11,071 nt of DNA, taken from Candidatus Hodarchaeota archaeon (GTDB taxonomy: Archaea; Asgardarchaeota; Heimdallarchaeia; Hodarchaeales; Hodarchaeaceae). Each line of letters begins with the position of its first letter. Position 1 is the stretch's first letter. The position numbers were made by a program, and so were the translations under genes. The notes below the pieces were generated by a model. The model worked only from the letters and a program-made list of their open reading frames with translations, was not told the DNA's origin and did not search any database. Of this stretch, positions 6,953 through 11,071 are shown piece by piece. The stretch spans positions 1 through 11,071 of the forward strand of contig JAEOTQ010000217.1 in assembly GCA_016839785.1 (NCBI GenBank). Reading direction: 5' to 3'.

Positions 6953-8311
6953 ATGACGAAATATTACGTGAGAGGTAGGGAGCTCATAATCCAAACGTAT
7001 AGTCATGAAAATACACATGTACCATGGGTTCCGTTTGCTGGTATCCACGCAGGACGATTAAAAGGATATACCGCTTCCGAAATATTACAAGATAAAGCAA
7101 AATTCTTAGAATGTTTATTAGAAGTGAAAAAAACCTACTATCCAGATGGGATGCCGGTGATATTTGATCTCCAAGTTGAAGCGGAGATTCTTGGATGCAA
7201 TCTTCGATGGTCGGATAAAGCTCCTCCTATGGTCATTGATCATCCCTGTTCTGAAGAAATGATTGTTCTAGAGAAAATCCCAGAGAGACATGAAGGAAGA
7301 CTACCAATCATAATAGAGGTAATGAAGTCCTTAAAAAAAGAGATTGGAACACAAGTAGCTCTCTTTGGACTAGTTTGTGGTCCTCTTACCTTGGCTTCTC
7401 ATCTACGAGGAACAAACTTCTATATAGATTTGATCACAAATCCACAGTATGCAGTTGGGATGTTGGCGTATACCTCTCAGGTTACTAAAGTGATGTCTGA
7501 GTACTATATTGAGGCTGGTATGGATATCATTGCTGTTGTGGATCCAGTTGTCTCTCAAATATCTCCTACTATGTTTAATGAGTTTTTAAGTAATGATTTT
7601 TCCGACATTTTCTCCCATATCAAATCTCAAGATGTCTATTCAAGTTTCTTCGTCTGTGGTGACGCCACAAAAAATCTTGATTCTATGTGTAAAACAAATC
7701 CCGATTCGATCTTTGTAGATGAAAATATTGACATGGTTCATGCCTATGATATACTATCTAAGCACAAAATTATTCTTGGGGGAAATATCCCCCTTGCAAC
7801 TACAATGTTATTTGGAACTCAACAGGACAATATGAAATATGTTGTGGATCTGTTTGAGAAGATTGGAAAGGAAAATTTGATAATTGCCCCAGGTTGTGAT
7901 ATGCCTTACGATACTCCTGTTGAGAATGTAGTTGGAGTTATCGAAGCAGTTCAAAAACCCGATTTAATTCGTAAATCATTGGAAAATTATCATAAAGAAG
8001 AATCTAATATCGTAGTAGAACTTCCAAATTATCACACCCTCCATAAGCCATTAGTCGAGGTATTCACAATTGATTCCGAAGTCTGTGCCGCCTGTGGATA
8101 TATGCTTGAGACAGCTGTTGATGTGAAGAAAATGTTTGGTGAAAAAATCGATCTTGTGGAGTATAAATGGGTTAAGCAGGAAAATATTGAACGAGCAAAG
8201 AGATTAAACATTCAACATCTCCCGTGTATCTTAATCAATGGAGAAGTAAAGTATTCATCAATCATTCCTACAAAAGATAAACTTTTCACTGAAATAGAGA
8301 AGTATCTCTGA
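6953..8311 (+). CDS. Uroporphyrinogen-decarboxylase/MtaA-CmuA-family methyltransferase with C-terminal thioredoxin-like (CAAC) domain
   Basis: Motifs PWVPF, FDLQVEAEILGC, GPLTLASHLRG, VDP, FFVCG, LGGNI and APGCD, then EVFTIDSEVCAACGYM...LPCILINGE. An alternative in-frame ATG is at 6917. Confidence 0.85.
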   Translation: MTKYYVRGRELIIQTYSHENTHVPWVPFAGIHAGRLKGYTASEILQDKAKFLECLLEVKKTYYPDGMPVIFDLQVEAEILGCNLRWSDKAPPMVIDHPCSEEMIVLEKIPERHEGRLPIIIEVMKSLKKEIGTQVALFGLVCGPLTLASHLRGTNFYIDLITNPQYAVGMLAYTSQVTKVMSEYYIEAGMDIIAVVDPVVSQISPTMFNEFLSNDFSDIFSHIKSQDVYSSFFVCGDATKNLDSMCKTNPDSIFVDENIDMVHAYDILSKHKIILGGNIPLATTMLFGTQQDNMKYVVDLFEKIGKENLIIAPGCDMPYDTPVENVVGVIEAVQKPDLIRKSLENYHKEESNIVVELPNYHTLHKPLVEVFTIDSEVCAACGYMLETAVDVKKMFGEKIDLVEYKWVKQENIERAKRLNIQHLPCILINGEVKYSSIIPTKDKLFTEIEKYL

Positions 8312-9264
8312 TGTCAACAAGAACTATAGAAGTTTTTTTAATTACTGGTTTTTTAGGATCAGGAAAAACGACCTTTCTTCGTCACCTACTTGAACAGATG
8401 ATTTCTTTTCCTGAATTGAAGATAGGAGTCTTGATGAATGAGTATGGATCAGAGAATGTCGATAAAGAGGTACTCCCCCAGGAAGAGATTGCTTTTTCCG
8501 AAATAAACGGAGGATCCATCTTCTGTAGTTGCTTACATTCAGAGTTTATCAATGCCCTAAAATTATTCTATAAATCCACTGAAATTAATACTTTGCTTAT
8601 TGAAACTTCTGGACTCTCGAATCCTTCAATGATCTTTCAAGACTTAAATATTGTAAATAATCAAATCGGAGACGTCTATAAAATAAAAGAAAGTATTTGT
8701 CTTGTTGATGTATCACTAATAATGAAGTTAATGAGTGCGTTTACGAGTATAACGACTCAATTAGAAGTTTCATCTATTATACTGGTTAATAAAATTGATC
8801 TTGCCAATTCAACTCAAGTAGATTCCATTGAACGAACCATATTTGGCATAAATCCTCATTCGAAGATTTCCAGAGTTAAATTTGGCCAGGTGAATTTGAA
8901 AAACCTATTTAGGCAAGAGAAAATGCAAATTCAACGTGATTTCACAGAGAAACGAGATGTAAAAGGTAGATTAACGACGGTCACAGTAACTCAATCACAT
9001 TCAGTTTCAGATAAAGGATTCTCTGCTTATATGAATTCTATAAGCGACTCGCTTATTCGAGCCAAGGGATATGTTCATTTAGAGAGACAGGGTTGGTTTA
9101 GGATCGATCAAGTTGGTGATAACCTTCGCCGTATACACGTTACTTCGCATCCAGACCAAGGATCTCTTGTTTTCATTTTTAAAGATGCTGTTGATATACA
9201 GAAAATTCAATCACAGTGGAATATTCTTCTGTCACCTTCAAATGGCGAATTATTGATAGGTTAA
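8311..9264 (+). CDS. COG0523/CobW-family G3E metallochaperone GTPase
   Basis: Walker A GFLGSGKTT, NEYG, GSIFCSC metal motif, ETSG, NKID and a C-terminal IRAKGYV (CobW_C-like). There is a TGATG overlap with the upstream gene. Confidence 0.9.
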   Translation: MSTRTIEVFLITGFLGSGKTTFLRHLLEQMISFPELKIGVLMNEYGSENVDKEVLPQEEIAFSEINGGSIFCSCLHSEFINALKLFYKSTEINTLLIETSGLSNPSMIFQDLNIVNNQIGDVYKIKESICLVDVSLIMKLMSAFTSITTQLEVSSIILVNKIDLANSTQVDSIERTIFGINPHSKISRVKFGQVNLKNLFRQEKMQIQRDFTEKRDVKGRLTTVTVTQSHSVSDKGFSAYMNSISDSLIRAKGYVHLERQGWFRIDQVGDNLRRIHVTSHPDQGSLVFIFKDAVDIQKIQSQWNILLSPSNGELLIG

Positions 9265-9959
9265 TCAAATTGATAACCACTATCGATCCAAGCTTTCTTC
9301 ATAATTGGATTTAGTTCTAGATATGCATTTACAATCTTTTTCGGAACTTTATTGAGAGGACATGAGAAATTGACACACTTAGGGCAGATGTTCTTCTGTA
9401 GAACATAAAAAAAGAAGATTCCACCAATAATTCCTAGGAGTATAAGTCCAAGAAGGACATAAATTAATAGATCTGACCTGGTTGATAATTGATTGATTTT
9501 AGTTAATCCATAGATTTCTACTAATACAGGGAAAAACACAAAGAACACTGCTCCAGCTAAGAAACCAAATTTCTCAAAACGATTTAGTGGACTGGGATTA
9601 TACGACCAGATCTTTATTGTTCCATGATTAGCCAAACAATGAAGTACTCTTCCCTCCTCTGCATAATAAGGACAATGACTACAGAGAACTTTAATCTCGA
9701 AAAATCCAAAGAAGAAAATCCAGAAACCGACATAAATAAAAGCTGGAATCCAAGAGACATACAATCCGATAATTAAGAATCCTATTGTTGCAAATACCAT
9801 CAAAGGACCTGCTCCTTTGTAGAATCGCAGTAATAGATGCTTTTCCCATTTGCAATCTAATTTCCCCGTAATAGAACAATTTTTACAATCTGAATTTTCG
9901 TCCCATGTACATGTAACTTCTTGATTTTGGGATTCAGAACCACCAGTTTTAAGTATCAT
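9261..9959 (-). CDS. Cys-rich four-helix membrane protein of unknown function
   Basis: Ten Cys in clusters (CTW..DCKNC..DC; LCSHCPYY..HC; ICPKCVNFSC) flank two pairs of hydrophobic helices. ATG 9959 is preceded by GGAGA; the alternative TTG is at 9971. Confidence 0.75.
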   Translation of the reverse strand: MILKTGGSESQNQEVTCTWDENSDCKNCSITGKLDCKWEKHLLLRFYKGAGPLMVFATIGFLIIGLYVSWIPAFIYVGFWIFFFGFFEIKVLCSHCPYYAEEGRVLHCLANHGTIKIWSYNPSPLNRFEKFGFLAGAVFFVFFPVLVEIYGLTKINQLSTRSDLLIYVLLGLILLGIIGGIFFFYVLQKNICPKCVNFSCPLNKVPKKIVNAYLELNPIMKKAWIDSGYQFD

Positions 9960-10035
9960 CTCAATCTCCAATAAGTGTTTATGAACTCAAGTTATAAATT
10001 CCTGTGTACAATGTGTTCAATCTAGTATCAGCTAC

Positions 10036-10052
10036 ATATAAAAGTTTTTAAC
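10036..10052. promoter_or_regulatory. Overlapping divergent BRE/TATA-like boxes
   Basis: The + strand reads AAAG-TTTTTAAC and the - strand reads AAAAAC-TTTTATAT, between two divergent genes. Confidence 0.35.
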
Positions 10053-10089
10053 ATTATGGTTCTTATCCCGTTCTCCTCGCGTGATAATC

Positions 10090-10917
10090 ATGTCAAACAA
10101 GTCGCTAGCAGCCATAGCAATAATACTCATACTTGGGGGATTGAATATTATCCAATTCAACTTTTTCACTCTTCCTCAATTGTCAGGAGAAAATACTCCA
10201 TTCGATGTAGAAACGGTTTTAGATGGAGATAAGGAGGAACATATTGGTAAAACTATAACATTGGATGGTTATTACATTGAGGGTGGGTCAAATCTATTTT
10301 TATTAGTAACCGATCCTATTGTGTATGAAAAAAATTCCCTTACTCCTACCAACTACTTAATGATTGGAGGTTCCATTCCCTTGTCCTTACAAGGTCAGCA
10401 GGGTGCCCAAGTTCATTTGACTGGAGAAATTTCATGGGCGGATGTCGAAGAAGGGTTATTATCTATTAAATATACCAAATATAAACTCATCAAAGAAGGA
10501 GTAATAGGGCATTTGGCGAATAAATTTTTCAATCTTGAACACTTGAAAGAAGAGTTGTCTTTTGTCCCTTATGTTACCACAAAATATGCTGTTCTGATCA
10601 GTGGAGGAATTAAACCTGAAAAAGCATATGCAAGATATTGGAACGATATTACTGGCATGTATTTTATTTTGACGTGGCTACACGGTTATGATCCCGCAAA
10701 TATGTATGTAGTTTACAAGAATGGTATTGCGGAAGATAATTTTGCCCCTGTTCATGGTCCTGCTACCCATACATATATCCAAGCTGTGTTCTCGGAGCTT
10801 GAAGAAAAGATGGGTCGACTTGACGACCTATTTATTTATACTACAAATCATGGGGGAACAGCTGGGCTCAGTTTGTGGAAAGCGTTAGATCCTTCCGTTC
10901 TCACTCCTAATAATTGA
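10090..10917 (+). CDS. Membrane-anchored/secreted protein with C13 (legumain)/caspase-like peptidase domain, apparently truncated
   Basis: N-terminal hydrophobic helix and a beta-rich domain (GKTITLDGYY...VHLTGEI), then KYAVLISGG...RYWND...GYDPANMYVVY...DDLFIYTTNHGG. The ORF ends about 21 codons after the catalytic-type His and contains no Cys. ATG 10090 is preceded by GTGAT; the alternative GTG is at 10081. Confidence 0.65.
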   Translation: MSNKSLAAIAIILILGGLNIIQFNFFTLPQLSGENTPFDVETVLDGDKEEHIGKTITLDGYYIEGGSNLFLLVTDPIVYEKNSLTPTNYLMIGGSIPLSLQGQQGAQVHLTGEISWADVEEGLLSIKYTKYKLIKEGVIGHLANKFFNLEHLKEELSFVPYVTTKYAVLISGGIKPEKAYARYWNDITGMYFILTWLHGYDPANMYVVYKNGIAEDNFAPVHGPATHTYIQAVFSELEEKMGRLDDLFIYTTNHGGTAGLSLWKALDPSVLTPNN

Positions 10918-11071
10918 AAAATTCCTGAATTTGTCGTTTAACGTTGCAGTACTTCGTATCACCCCTTCGAAAACACCCCCAGTCCTTTAAAAAGTGCACG
11001 ATGCCATGAAGTACGGATGAATTCACAGAAATCATTAGCTGTATAAACAAAATCGACACGACAACGACGAC

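Noticed and set aside
6473-9879. ORFs 6473-6697 (-) and 9691-9879 (-)
   Set aside because: They are an antisense shadow of the amidohydrolase and an alternate-frame shadow of the Cys-rich protein.
9261-9959. c-type cytochrome
   Set aside because: The CxxC motifs are not followed by His, so there is no CxxCH.
11052-11071. CGAC-type short repeats at the window end as a CRISPR or tandem repeat
   Set aside because: There are only a few imperfect 3-5 nt units and no repeat-spacer structure.

Overview
This AT-rich prokaryotic window carries 11 protein-coding genes. It looks archaeal from the GGTGA/GGAGTGA-type ribosome-binding motifs and BRE/TATA-like boxes; an Asgard-like origin is an impression only. 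The left half is a minus-strand five-gene run: CX5R tyrosine/lipid-type phosphatase, LarA-family nickel-pincer racemase/epimerase, YeeE/YedE sulfur-compound transporter, DPM1-like GT2, and a DUF2064 (TIGR04282, CofC-like) transferase. The last gene appears to start at a non-canonical ATA. The right half has a zinc-ribbon membrane protein, an amidohydrolase lacking the usual deaminase Glu, a long imperfect intergenic hairpin, and a UROD/MtaA-like methyltransferase fused to a thioredoxin-like domain and coupled to a COG0523 GTPase. It ends with a convergent Cys-rich membrane protein and a C13/caspase-like peptidase gene that stops between the catalytic His and the expected Cys. No rRNA, tRNA, CRISPR array or transposase was seen. 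All family calls come from motif recognition by eye; no database searches were run.
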